Positions 27,787 through 37,605 of a stretch of 64,000 bases of DNA are shown piece after piece (position 1 is the first letter of the stretch; each line of letters opens with the position of its first letter). The stretch is from Candidatus Pelearchaeum maunauluense (GTDB lineage Archaea; Thermoproteota; Nitrososphaeria_A; Caldarchaeales; Caldarchaeaceae), in contig JANVYQ010000002.1 in the NCBI GenBank assembly GCA_030059675.1, positions 96,001-160,000 on the forward strand. The letters are read 5' to 3'. The notes below the pieces were generated by a model. That model saw only the letters and a program-made list of their open reading frames with translations, made no database searches and had not been told where the DNA came from. The position numbers and the translations under genes are program-made.

Positions 27787-28307
27787 TTGATGGATAGGAG
27801 AATCAAGCTGGTTGATTATAACGCTCTATGGCCAGAGATGTACAGGGAGGAGAAGAGAAGAATCATGGAAAAGGTAGGACACCTGATAGTTGATGTGGAA
27901 CATATAGGAAGCACAGCAATCCCAGGGATGAAAGCAAAGCCGATAATTGATATAATGATAGCTGTCAAAGACCTAAACATAGCTGACGAGTGTATAACGC
28001 TACTCCAAGAGCTTGGCTACGAATACGTGCCTGAACCAGACTTCCCAGAAAGATGTTTCATGCGCAAAGGCTCCCCCGAAAACAGAACACACCACATATC
28101 CATAGTCAAGCACATGGGACATTCTGGATAGAGCACCTACTCTTCAGAGACTACCTTCGTAAAAACCCCGATGAACGCTTACGATACTCTGCATTGAACG
28201 AAACGCTAGCAACAAAACACAGCTCAAACCGTCGCGCATACACCTTCGCCAAAACAGAATACATCAAAGAAGTAATAGCAGAGGCACGACTAACATCATC
28301 AAAATAA
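27787..28307 (+). pseudogene. GrpB/UPF0157 nucleotidyltransferase-like protein, frameshifted
   Basis: EHIGSTAIPG, AKPIIDI in one frame; HLLFRDYLR...YTFAK in another; apparent CA duplication at ~28111-28114. Confidence 0.8.
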
Positions 28308-28511
28308 GAGCCTAAAGATATCTCACACCTCCTCTATATAAGGGTTAGGGAAGGAAACTACGCATATAGCGAAGAGGTAAACGAGAACGTAGTAATAGAC
28401 CTAGACAACGAAGGCAAAATACTAGCCATAGAAATACTAGACGCATCCTCAACACTAGGCAAAGAATCCCTAGAAAAGACACTAAAAGCAGAAGGAGCAG
28501 TAATAAGATGA
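28308..28511 (+). pseudogene. DUF2283-like antitoxin, 5'-truncated
   Basis: LYIRVREG...SEEVNENVVIDLDNEGKILAIEILDAS*; no start codon after in-frame TAA 28305-28307. Confidence 0.65.
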
Positions 28512-28573
28512 GATATCCACTATCTCATGTGGAATGATAGAATATTTGGATTAGAGAATATTACTAAGCTAGC

Positions 28574-28786
28574 TTACGTTACTACGGATTCTTTCTTGGC
28601 TAGTGCTTCTACCATTAGGGGTATTATTTTGCTGGCCCTCAATATCTCGATGAAGAGTGGTTTCCCATCCTTGCTAAAATGGATTACTAGGTCTCCAGCC
28701 TCTTCCGCGTGGGAGTGCTCTCCATCCTCCGAGATAATTAAGGATAATACGTCGGCTTCCTCGTCATAAGACATCTTATACTCCAT
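28574..28786 (-). CDS. DUF2283-like putative antitoxin
   Basis: YDEEADVL...GKPLFIEILRAS. Confidence 0.8.
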   Translation of the reverse strand: MEYKMSYDEEADVLSLIISEDGEHSHAEEAGDLVIHFSKDGKPLFIEILRASKIIPLMVEALAKKESVVT

Positions 28787-28885
28787 ATCTACTTCTTCTC
28801 ACAGGATAGTAATGTTATGACAAGTAGATAACCATTCGCTCCTCATAAACAACACGAAGAGCATACTTCTCATTAACAGGCCTAG
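28776..28885 (-). pseudogene. DUF4258-like toxin C-terminal remnant
   Basis: Across frames: RPVNEKYALRVVYEE / LLVIT / YPVRRSRYGV*, overlapping the DUF2283 start. Confidence 0.5.
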
Positions 28886-28945
28886 AGCTAAGTATTGAGA
28901 GCCTGGAGTTGATGAAAGATTTTACATCTAAGTCTTTATTTCACT

Positions 28946-29245
28946 CTAGGTTTTAGCCTGTGCTTCCACTAGCTTTGCTAATGCGCTCCATAGCGGCTTC
29001 ATATCCTCCCTAAAGCTCCTTATCTCTGTTGTTAGCGTGTCAAGGCGCTTGTTCATCTCCTCAAATCCCCGCCTCACGGCCTCTTCTGTCCTAGAAGCTC
29101 TGGCCCTTAAGTCATAGAGAAGTAAAAGCGTTAAGTCCTGAGCCGTAAGCCTTCTCTTCCCAGCCCTCTCCAACAACTCCCTAACACCCTTCTCGATAAT
29201 GGCATCAACAGCTGCTGAGGCAGCTTTCTCAACCATCCTAAACAA
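28946..29245 (-). CDS. Small coiled-coil protein (paREP15-like)
   Basis: LTAQDLTLLLL followed by RLD-type coiled coil. Confidence 0.55.
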   Translation of the reverse strand: MFRMVEKAASAAVDAIIEKGVRELLERAGKRRLTAQDLTLLLLYDLRARASRTEEAVRRGFEEMNKRLDTLTTEIRSFREDMKPLWSALAKLVEAQAKT

Positions 29246-29286
29246 TAGTTAAGACCGAGATATATAAACATCCCTAAAGGAAAGGT

Positions 29287-30242
29287 CTACGATATCCTCA
29301 GTCTTGGTGGGTAGCTTGATGGCATTGTCCATGTTTCTCCTTAGCTAGTCAGGTCAATCTGGAGAAATAGCCCCCTAAAAGTTCCTCCGCTGCGCTGGTT
29401 TGGGATGAAGGTCAGGGTTATGTGCGCTCTTCTCCCCTCTGGAACGTTTATGGTTACAGTTTTGACTATGTAGTCCTCGTCTGCTCCAAGAGCTATGTCC
29501 CTCCTTATCCTGATAGTTATCTCGCCTGATAGGTCGCCGCCTTCGGCCCTGATGAATATATGCACCTCAACCCTCTCACCCACCCTAGACTGGCTAATTC
29601 TCAAACCGTCCTTGGCGAAGTATACATCCTCCACTACTGGTATTCCACGCCTAGGTGGTTCTACGTATAGGCGCGGCGGATAGGAGTCTGGCATAGAATA
29701 TATCTTTGCTCCGTTAACATAGACTTCCACGTGATACCCTCTAACAGAGTCTCCACTAGGTAGCTGAGGCGTGAAACTAAGCGTAAGCTCCCAGCCTCCC
29801 TAGCTGCTAGGCTCGCGGTAAAACTAGCCCTTCTAACCTCCACCTCGGGCGACAACGCTATGTCCTGCTTAATCACGACATCTATTTTTCCTGAGAATTC
29901 GCCTCCTACAGCTGTAATCAGAACGTGTGCAGTGACTGGGCTTCCTACCTTCACGCTGGTAACTTGCCTACCATCACTAGACCACCAGACATTAACTATT
30001 GAGAGCCTGCCTTTGGCTGGCATTTGTAAAGCAAGCCTTGGCGGATATCCCTCCTGCTCCCAGACCTCGCCGTTGCTCAAAGTAACCCTCAGGAAGTATC
30101 CCCTAACGGAGCTTGATGGCCTATAGGTGAGGCAGAATCGCTGGCTTAATGAGCCGTATCCCTCATAGGTTGCTACCGTCCTATCAGCCCCCAGCCTAAC
30201 ATCTTCCCTAACCTCGACTACGAAGCTAGTGGCTGGCTCCAC
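29287..30242 (-). pseudogene. Repeat-domain (probably extracellular) protein, 5'-truncated and frameshifted
   Basis: Three repeats containing D(I/V)xL(G/S)xx and ending YPPRL, spread over three frames. Confidence 0.6.
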
Positions 30243-30561
30243 GCTCCGTGAAGTAGAGGTTGATGAAGATGAGCTTGATGAATACTGCCCGTCATGCGCC
30301 TCAAGGCTATACGAACTGAATGAGGGTAAGGTATGCGGTAGATGTAGCGTAGTCTATAAGCTTAGAAAAGCTGAGAAGGTCTATGAGGCTTGGAGACTCC
30401 ACATACCGAAGACAGAGCTTGAGAAATCTCCTCTGCTACTCGTTGTTCTTGAGAATTTTCCCTACTTCGTTCCAGCTAGATTTAGTGTAGAGGTAGAGGG
30501 TCATAGCTGCTCTATCTACAGGATAGATGAATCTGGAAGGGAATGGACGAGGACGAGATAA
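30229..30561 (+). CDS. Hypothetical Zn-finger-containing fragment, probably 5'-truncated
   Basis: CPSC...CGRC; abuts an opposite-strand fragment head-to-head. Confidence 0.45.
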   Translation: MAGSTLREVEVDEDELDEYCPSCASRLYELNEGKVCGRCSVVYKLRKAEKVYEAWRLHIPKTELEKSPLLLVVLENFPYFVPARFSVEVEGHSCSIYRIDESGREWTRTR

Positions 30562-31158
30562 TTGATAGGATCGCAACGAATTGTAAGAGACGTTAACATA
30601 GGTGTAATTCCCGTGCTTACAGCCGTAAGGTATGGCTACGACCCAAGGGCGAACGAATACAGATACATAGAGAGAACTGCGAGAATAATATCAAACATAC
30701 TTAGGAACCCGTCATTATTGAGGAAGAGCGATTTACGATTAGTCGCAGTAGTCTCTAAATCTGTGCTATCAAAGAATACTGCCGAGACATTCTTAGAGAT
30801 GCTTGACGAAGAAGGCATAGAATATAGCACGTATAGCTACGTAATAGATGAGGGGAACGTAGTTAGAAGGTTAATAGATGTTGGTCTAGACCATAAAGAC
30901 GCAACCCTACTCATAGACCTAGTTAAAGCATTCCCAATAATCATAGACAGATTAAGGCGTAGCGATAGAGCATCACCTGAGAGAATTAGAGACTCCTTAA
31001 GGCAGGAGCTTGGAGAAGAATATGACTTCATGGCTGATATATACTCCGAAGCACTAAGGTTAGGTAGAAGATTAACAATAAAGGAGGCCAAGAGAAGGGC
31101 GAATATGAATAAAGCCTTCAGCCTAGACATACTCAAGTCCCTAAAAATAATAGAATAG
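30562..31158 (+). CDS. Hypothetical protein
   Basis: 198-aa ORF directly following the previous stop codon. Confidence 0.6.
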   Translation: MIGSQRIVRDVNIGVIPVLTAVRYGYDPRANEYRYIERTARIISNILRNPSLLRKSDLRLVAVVSKSVLSKNTAETFLEMLDEEGIEYSTYSYVIDEGNVVRRLIDVGLDHKDATLLIDLVKAFPIIIDRLRRSDRASPERIRDSLRQELGEEYDFMADIYSEALRLGRRLTIKEAKRRANMNKAFSLDILKSLKIIE

Positions 31159-31427
31159 GATTGATATAACGGAGTTTCTTAAAGAGATTACTTTTAAGAC
31201 ATTTTTATTCCATCGGAATCGAGTTTAGTTTTTTCTTCAATATATGCTTCATAACATCTAATACTGAGATAATTAAGAAATGGTTAAAGCATGACGAACA
31301 TGAAGTGATAATGTGGTTAGGTTTGTTAAGGATAATTGAAGACGTCCGTGAATAACCAAAAATGTGGACAGCCCATTAAATTAAAACTCGACAACTAGCG
31401 GGTTAAGGTCTTGCTCGTGTAGTCATG

Positions 31428-32825
31428 TCATTTCTCTAGGTGGGATGCCCATTGATTAAACAACTCGTGAAGTCTTATTCGTCTAGTTTCTTTGTATTCG
31501 TCAGAATACTGGATTTTGTTGAGCCTCCTAGCATAGCTTTTAATATTTTCTACTGAGATGTTAGGGAAAAGGAACTTGGATAATTCAAATAATTTATCTA
31601 AATCATCGGAACAACCAGAAGCACTAACAGACCTAGAAACAAATAGCCATCCTTTTTCTATGAGCAACTCTATGGCGTACCAATCTTCTCCATAAATCTT
31701 AAAATGAACCAAAATCAACCATAGAGCTGGGTCAACTTCGGGAAAAAGGTGTAGTGTAATATCATTCAGAGCTTCATCAAAAGCATTTTGTGAACCTAAC
31801 CTTTGGCGAGCAAACTTTAGGTATTCGTTCCATGCTACGTTAGAAATAAGGTTTTTATTTTCCAAGTTTTGTTTCGTTATCTTCCATTCATTTGGGAAGA
31901 CAACCCAAACGTTGTAATCTAGAGGAGCGCATTTAAAGAGTTCTTCAAAGAAGAGAGAGAATAAATGTTTCAGATAATTCTCGTCGGATTTTTTATCGTC
32001 TGCGTGTTGTCTCATTTTGGCCATTAGTAGCGACGCGCGTGAGTTGTTTTTAATTATGTGTGATGTGAGTTGCTTGAAGATCTCGTCTATCTGATCATGA
32101 AACAATCCCCACCACCCCCGAGGATCTAGCGTGTCATAAGCGTTATTGAGTAGTTGTCTTTCACATTGCCAAGCTTTGTAGTGCCAATTGAAAACTTTTG
32201 TGATTAAATCGCCTGAGAGAAGAAGATTCGATCTGTTGGATATGTATTTATTGAAATGGTGTAGCATGTCATAGGCTATTCTCAGCTTCTTAGAATCATT
32301 TTCAAGCTTTTCATCAATATTTTGGGCAAAAATAGAGAACAGCTCTTTCTCAAATTTAAAACTCGGCGCCTCACTTTGCCATACTGCCCTCCAAACATCC
32401 ACTATTTCATTTTCCCTTTTTAGCCCTTTTAGGAATTGAAGTCTGAATTCAGAGGTTGAACCCTTGACCCATTTATAGACGTTCTACATCGTTTTATACA
32501 AATAAACAAGTCCCACAACCATAGGGATCAACAGAATTACTCGGAAGACAGGAGGAATAAAGACCCAAACCAGATTAGTAAAAAACGCTAGTGATACAAA
32601 CAATAGGAAGCGTGGATAATTAATTATGTAGTCTATTATTACACGTAAGTCCAGCTCCGCATATCCCTCTGTTTCTCTGTTCTTTTTCCGATATATTTCC
32701 TCAAAAACAGCAATAGCGAATGGTACAAGGACGACTAGAAGGGCAGTGAGCCAAGCTGTAAATATAGTGTGAAACTCTGTTGTCCCAAGATCTTCAAGGA
32801 ACTTTATTGCAGCTTCAACCATCAA
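31428..32825 (-). pseudogene. AT-rich membrane-anchored hypothetical protein interrupted by one in-frame TAG
   Basis: ORFs 32484-32825 and 31428-32402 are in frame: ...LYKTM*NVYKWVKG...ENEIVDVWRAVW. Confidence 0.65.
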
Positions 32826-32976
32826 TAACGGTGGTATTTGCTCTTACTTAAGTTTATCTTGGGCTAACCTATTACCTACGTTGTCAATTAGTTAGCCATG
32901 TGTCGATTTTTATTCTAATGTTTGTGCTAAATTAGGGAAAACTCATTCAAAATCTTTGAAAATAATAGACTAACCA

Positions 32977-33174
32977 CTATGAGGCCGATTTCAAGGCTCT
33001 CTTAAACTCATCTATATGACTCTTAAGATATTCCTCTATAGCCTCAGTTAGTGCTTGTTGCTCGGTCTTGCCCGTAGCCGAGCAGAACATCTTGAACCGC
33101 TTCCTAAGCGACTCAGGAACCCTACCCGACAACAATACGAGCCTTTCCTCTCCTCTACCCCTCTGCCTCGGCAT
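32977..33174 (-). CDS. Ribbon-helix-helix (CopG/ParG-like) protein
   Basis: LSGRVPESLRKRFK...TEQQALTEAIEEYL. Confidence 0.75.
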   Translation of the reverse strand: MPRQRGRGEERLVLLSGRVPESLRKRFKMFCSATGKTEQQALTEAIEEYLKSHIDEFKRALKSAS

Positions 33175-33184
33175 ACCATACAAT

Positions 33185-33196
33185 CATACATGTATG
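33185..33196. promoter_or_regulatory. Palindromic operator candidate
   Basis: Perfect palindrome CATACATGTATG between a TTATAT box and the RHH start codon. Confidence 0.5.
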
Positions 33197-33364
33197 CAAG
33201 ATATAACGTTGACCGATACTAATGCTTTCACGAAAACAAACGCCTTGCTTCATGTAATCCTTATGTTATAAGGGTAGCCCAGCCCAACACCCATTAATAT
33301 AGCAGACGCCCACTCCCCCTAAACATTAATTTAAATATACCTTGCTTGGACAATCTCTGAGACG

Positions 33365-35551
33365 ATGGGCCGAGTAAAGAAAATCTCAGAAGTCATAGAC
33401 ATACTAAGGCAGAAGGAGCAGATACGGAATATTGGGATAATCGCCCATGTAGACCACGGAAAAACGACGACTACGGACAGCCTTCTAGCCGCCGCTGGAC
33501 TTCTAAGCCCCCAGCTAGCAGGCAGAGCATTAGCCCTAGACTACTTGGAGGAAGAGCAGCAGAGACAAATGACGATTAAAGCCGCTAACATTAGCTTATA
33601 CTACGAAATGAACGGTAAGCCGTATGTCATCAACATGATAGACACCCCGGGGCATGTTGATTTTTCTGGTCGTGTTACTCGTGCTTTGCGTGCTATTGAT
33701 GGTGCTGTTGTTGTGGTTGATGCTGTTGAGGGTGTTATGACGCAGACTGAGACTGTTATTCGTCAGGCTGTTGGTGAGCGTGTTAGGCCTGTTTTGTATA
33801 TTAATAAGATTGATCGTTTGATTAAGGAGCTTAGGCTTTCTCCTGATAAGGTTCAGGAGACTCTTGCTAGGATTGTTAGTGATGTTAATCGTTTGATTCA
33901 TATGTATGCTGAGCCGGAGTATCGTGATAAATGGAAGGTTAGTTTTGCTGATGGTACTGTTGCCATGGGGAGCGCGAAGGATAGGTGGGGGTTCACGGTC
34001 CAGCAGGCTCAGAGGAAGGGGATAAAGTTCGGCGATGTTCTCGATGCCTTTACTCGCGAAGATATTGACTGGCTTCGCGACTCTGTGCCTCTTCACGAGG
34101 CGTTGCTGGAGATGGTGATAAAGCACCATCCGCCGCCGCATGTTGCGCAGAGGTATCGTATTGAGAAGCTGTGGAAAGGTGACTTGGAGAGCGAAGTAGG
34201 CCAGGCTATGCTGAACTGCGACGAGAACGGGCCGGTTGTTATGGCTGTTACAGATGTCCGCGTGGATCCGCAGGCTGGTGTCGTGGCTACTGGAAGGCTC
34301 TTCAGCGGTACCGTTAGTGAGGGAGACACGATACTCCTAGTGGGCAGGAACATCAAGAGTAGGGTCCAGCAGGTCTGCGTCTACATGGGGCCGAGCCGCG
34401 AGCTTGTTGGGAGGCTGCCGGCGGGTAATATACCGGCTCTGCTGGGGATAGAGGAAGCCCGCGCAGGGGATACGATAGGAACCGTGGAGATGATTCCGTT
34501 CGAGTCGCTCAAATATGTGTCGGAGCCCGTGGTTACGATCTCGATTGAGCCGAAGCATAGCCGCGACCTGCCGAAGCTGATTGACTTCCTGAATAAGCTC
34601 ACGATAGAGGACCCAACACTAGTTACCACGGTCAGGCCCGAGACGGGGGAGTATCTAATCAGCGGTATGGGTACGCTCCACCTTGAGATTGCTCTTACCT
34701 GGATTCAGAAGGCTGGCCTGGAGGTTGTGGCGGGTAGGCCGATAATCCTCTACCGAGAGTCTATCCAGAAGGAGGGTAAGGTCTTTGAGGGCAAGTCGCC
34801 CAACAAGCATAACCGCATATACATTAAGGTTGAGCCGCTGGAGGAGGAGGTTATAGAGCTTATCAGGAAGGGTGAGCTCTTCGAGGAGATGGATAGGAAG
34901 CAGATAGCTAAGATACTCCGCGACCATGGGTGGGATGCTGACGAGGCTAGCAACGTCTGGACGATAGACCCGCGCGGCAATATTCTCGTAGACGCCACGA
35001 AGGGGGCGCAGTACCTGCATGAGACGAAGACGATGATTATCGGCGGCTTCCAGCGTGTTATGGGTGAGGGGCCGCTTGCTGGCGAGGCTATGCGCGGCGT
35101 GAAGGCTACGCTGGTGCAGGTGGAGCTGCACGAGGACCCAGTGCACCGCGGCTATGCGCAGATAGCCCCAGCTACTTGGAGAAGCCTCTACGCCAGCGTG
35201 TTGAGCGCAGACCCAATACTCTTGGAGCCTGTCCTGAAGATAGAGGCCAAGGTACCGCCAGACTTGATGGGCGCTGTGACCTCTACGATAAGCAGCAAGA
35301 GGGGCCGCGTGATAGATGTGAAGCAGTCCGAGTATATCACGGTTGTCACTGGCGAGATTCCCGCTGCCGAGACGTTTGACCTCAGCGAGGCTATGCGCAG
35401 CGCGACGATGGGCAAGGCGTTCTGGGCTACCGAGTTCAGCCAGTGGAGGCCCGTGCCAGCCTCGATAAGGGATAAGGTGATTCAGGAGATAAGGAAGAGG
35501 AAGGGTATGCAGCTGGAGGTTCCGACGATATCGCAGTTCGTCGAGGATTAG
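33365..35551 (+). CDS. fusA: Translation elongation factor EF-2
   Basis: AHVDHGKTT, DTPGHVDF, NKIDR, diphthamide loop HEDPVHRG. Confidence 0.98.
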   Translation: MGRVKKISEVIDILRQKEQIRNIGIIAHVDHGKTTTTDSLLAAAGLLSPQLAGRALALDYLEEEQQRQMTIKAANISLYYEMNGKPYVINMIDTPGHVDFSGRVTRALRAIDGAVVVVDAVEGVMTQTETVIRQAVGERVRPVLYINKIDRLIKELRLSPDKVQETLARIVSDVNRLIHMYAEPEYRDKWKVSFADGTVAMGSAKDRWGFTVQQAQRKGIKFGDVLDAFTREDIDWLRDSVPLHEALLEMVIKHHPPPHVAQRYRIEKLWKGDLESEVGQAMLNCDENGPVVMAVTDVRVDPQAGVVATGRLFSGTVSEGDTILLVGRNIKSRVQQVCVYMGPSRELVGRLPAGNIPALLGIEEARAGDTIGTVEMIPFESLKYVSEPVVTISIEPKHSRDLPKLIDFLNKLTIEDPTLVTTVRPETGEYLISGMGTLHLEIALTWIQKAGLEVVAGRPIILYRESIQKEGKVFEGKSPNKHNRIYIKVEPLEEEVIELIRKGELFEEMDRKQIAKILRDHGWDADEASNVWTIDPRGNILVDATKGAQYLHETKTMIIGGFQRVMGEGPLAGEAMRGVKATLVQVELHEDPVHRGYAQIAPATWRSLYASVLSADPILLEPVLKIEAKVPPDLMGAVTSTISSKRGRVIDVKQSEYITVVTGEIPAAETFDLSEAMRSATMGKAFWATEFSQWRPVPASIRDKVIQEIRKRKGMQLEVPTISQFVED

Positions 35552-35880
35552 GAATAGACGAGTGTTATTAGTTGTATCATTACGAGGGCGCCCATAGCTA
35601 TTACAGCCTGCTCTAAGGCTGTTCCAATCTTCCCTTTTATCGACCTCCTTATTATTAGCGCGAGTCCTGCTGTGGAGTGGATTATGGCTAGGCCGCCCGC
35701 TAGTAGGGGTAGCTCCTGGGCGTGGAGGAGGCTGCACATGCTATACGTATCCAGCAGGCCGAAGCTCAGCCTGCGGACAAGCTCAACCCTATTTAGACAG
35801 AATCCTGACAGCATCATCAGGTAGGCTGCAAACACTAGGGGGAGCGAGGTAAGCTCCGTCAATAAGAGATAAATCCTCAT
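35548..35880 (-). CDS. Small 3-TM membrane protein with two His (possible heme b binding)
   Basis: LSGF...LLH...IIH pattern. Confidence 0.6.
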   Translation of the reverse strand: MRIYLLLTELTSLPLVFAAYLMMLSGFCLNRVELVRRLSFGLLDTYSMCSLLHAQELPLLAGGLAIIHSTAGLALIIRRSIKGKIGTALEQAVIAMGALVMIQLITLVYS

Positions 35881-35909
35881 CCCAGCAGTATAGCATGTGC
35901 GCAAGGGCT

Positions 35910-36731
35910 ATGAAGTTTCCCAGGAGGTCTCTGCTTGGGATGCTTATCCTAGCCCCAGCGGTTAGGCTCATCCTCTCATCGTTGGGGCTTGCGGCGCTTG
36001 CTTCATGGCTTTGGCTCAGGGTTGAGACGCTGGCCCAGCCTAGCCAGCCCAGCTATAGGCGTGGAGCCCGCGTTCAGCTGCCCATGCCAGAGCTGAGCGG
36101 TGTAATCGCGTTGGAGCAAGCGTTGGCGAGCAGGCGCTCAATCCGCGAATATAGGTCAGAGCCAATAACTCTACGGGAACTTGGGCAGCTTCTCTGGTCT
36201 GCTTACGGGATAACCGAGACACGGTGGGGGTTTAAGACCATGCCGAGCGCGGGAGCTACTTATCCGCTGGAGATATACGCGGTTGTCCGTGATGTGGAGG
36301 GGCTTGAGCCAGGTGCCTACCGCTACCTACCGCACAGCCACGAGCTTGAGCAGACCCGCGCGGGGGAGCTAAACCAAGAGCTATACGGCGCAGCCCTAGA
36401 GCAAGAGTGGGTTCTAAACGCCCAGCTCAACCTAGTGATTACAGCGGTCTATAGCAGGACTACGCGGCGATACGGTGAAAGGGGTGTGCGCTACGTCTTC
36501 ATGGAGGCAGGCCACGCTTGCCAGAACGTCTATCTCCAGGCAACAGCGCTTGGGTTGGGGGCTGTGGCTATAGGGGCGTTTAATGATGATGAGGTAGCGC
36601 GTATAGTTGGGGCGGGAGAGGAGGAGCACACTATATACATGATAGCGGTGGGCAGGCCTGTAAAACAATATCGGATAACGTTGGAGGAGATTTCCTCCTA
36701 CTACGCGGCTAGACGCTTGACTTCTTCGTGA
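35910..36731 (+). CDS. SagB/ThcOx-family nitroreductase-like flavoprotein with N-terminal twin-Arg/TM segment
   Basis: RRSIR, PSAGATYPLE, EAGHACQN; N-terminal PRRSLL. Confidence 0.85.
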   Translation: MKFPRRSLLGMLILAPAVRLILSSLGLAALASWLWLRVETLAQPSQPSYRRGARVQLPMPELSGVIALEQALASRRSIREYRSEPITLRELGQLLWSAYGITETRWGFKTMPSAGATYPLEIYAVVRDVEGLEPGAYRYLPHSHELEQTRAGELNQELYGAALEQEWVLNAQLNLVITAVYSRTTRRYGERGVRYVFMEAGHACQNVYLQATALGLGAVAIGAFNDDEVARIVGAGEEEHTIYMIAVGRPVKQYRITLEEISSYYAARRLTSS

Positions 36732-37605
36732 GAATCTCCCAGGCCTTCTCATCCTCCAGCAAGACCTTCATCTCGTCAAACGTCAGCTTCCCGCCAGAGT
36801 TTAGCTTCTGTATGGCCTGGAGCTTCATCCTCTCCCTAACCATGTGCTCGCGCGTCTTAGCCTGCTCCTCGCGGACTTTACGCACATAGTCTTGGAGCTC
36901 CACTAGGCGTGAGGAGAGGAGTATGCGCTCAGCCTCAAGCAGCTGAGCCTTCTTCTTCGCCTCCAGATAGGCTTGATGATACTTATCCGCCTTCTCCTTC
37001 ACAGCCATTATCTGCTCCTTAATCTGGTTGAAGCTATCGCGATAATTGTTAAGCTGCTCCCTCTTCTCCGCGAGCTTCTCCTTAAGCTGCTGTATCTCCT
37101 CACGAATCTTAGCAGCTTCCTCGGATATTGCGCGGAGTCTCCCCGTAGCGCTTTTCTTCTTGCGCACATCATTCAGCAACTTGGTTAAGTGTTTCGTCTC
37201 CTCAAAGAGGCGTCTCTCCTCCTCAGGCCTGAGAGGCCTGGTCTCAATCATGGTGTCAATTTCCTGAATCTTCCTGATTATGTTCTCCTCATCTATGTTG
37301 GGTACTCTTAAGCCTGATAGCTGGGCTCTAATGTTCTCGCGCTCTTCTTTCAGGCTTCTTAGCCTCTCAAAAAGCTCTGAGAGTCTGACTCTTATCTCCC
37401 TGGCTTCGTCGCGTATTCCCTTTATAATGTCCAGAACCTCCCTGTTATTCTCCTTAATCTCCCTAATACGCGCATGTAGCGCGTCGCGCTGGGCTACCTG
37501 CCTATTAGCCTCCTCCTCATGCTCCGCAATCCTCCGCTTCAGCTCACTCAGCTTTGACCTGATACTGAAAATCTCCTCCTCTATCTTCTCCAGCTCCATA
37601 CTCAT
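36709..37605 (-). CDS. Archaeal coiled-coil protein (COG1340-like)
   Basis: Heptad repeats, ADKYH, C-terminal GGKLTFDE. Confidence 0.75.
   Translation of the reverse strand: MSMELEKIEEEIFSIRSKLSELKRRIAEHEEEANRQVAQRDALHARIREIKENNREVLDIIKGIRDEAREIRVRLSELFERLRSLKEERENIRAQLSGLRVPNIDEENIIRKIQEIDTMIETRPLRPEEERRLFEETKHLTKLLNDVRKKKSATGRLRAISEEAAKIREEIQQLKEKLAEKREQLNNYRDSFNQIKEQIMAVKEKADKYHQAYLEAKKKAQLLEAERILLSSRLVELQDYVRKVREEQAKTREHMVRERMKLQAIQKLNSGGKLTFDEMKVLLEDEKAWEILTKKSSV

Larger units (their letters stand above)
26940..33330. mobile_element. AT-richer variable genomic island, mostly decayed; no integrase seen
   Basis: Compositional shift, many frameshifted or truncated ORFs, toxin-antitoxin remnants, RHH gene. 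Confidence 0.65.

Noticed and set aside
1005-32486. Genome-wide amber (pyrrolysine) recoding, suggested by two in-frame TAGs
   Set aside because: TAG ends conserved genes at their expected lengths (fusA, lig, tbp), a comparable break uses TAA (62588), and no pyl genes are in the window.
34655-35737. 360-aa antisense ORF over fusA, and many similar shadow ORFs
   Set aside because: Antisense shadows of well-supported genes, with no motifs.
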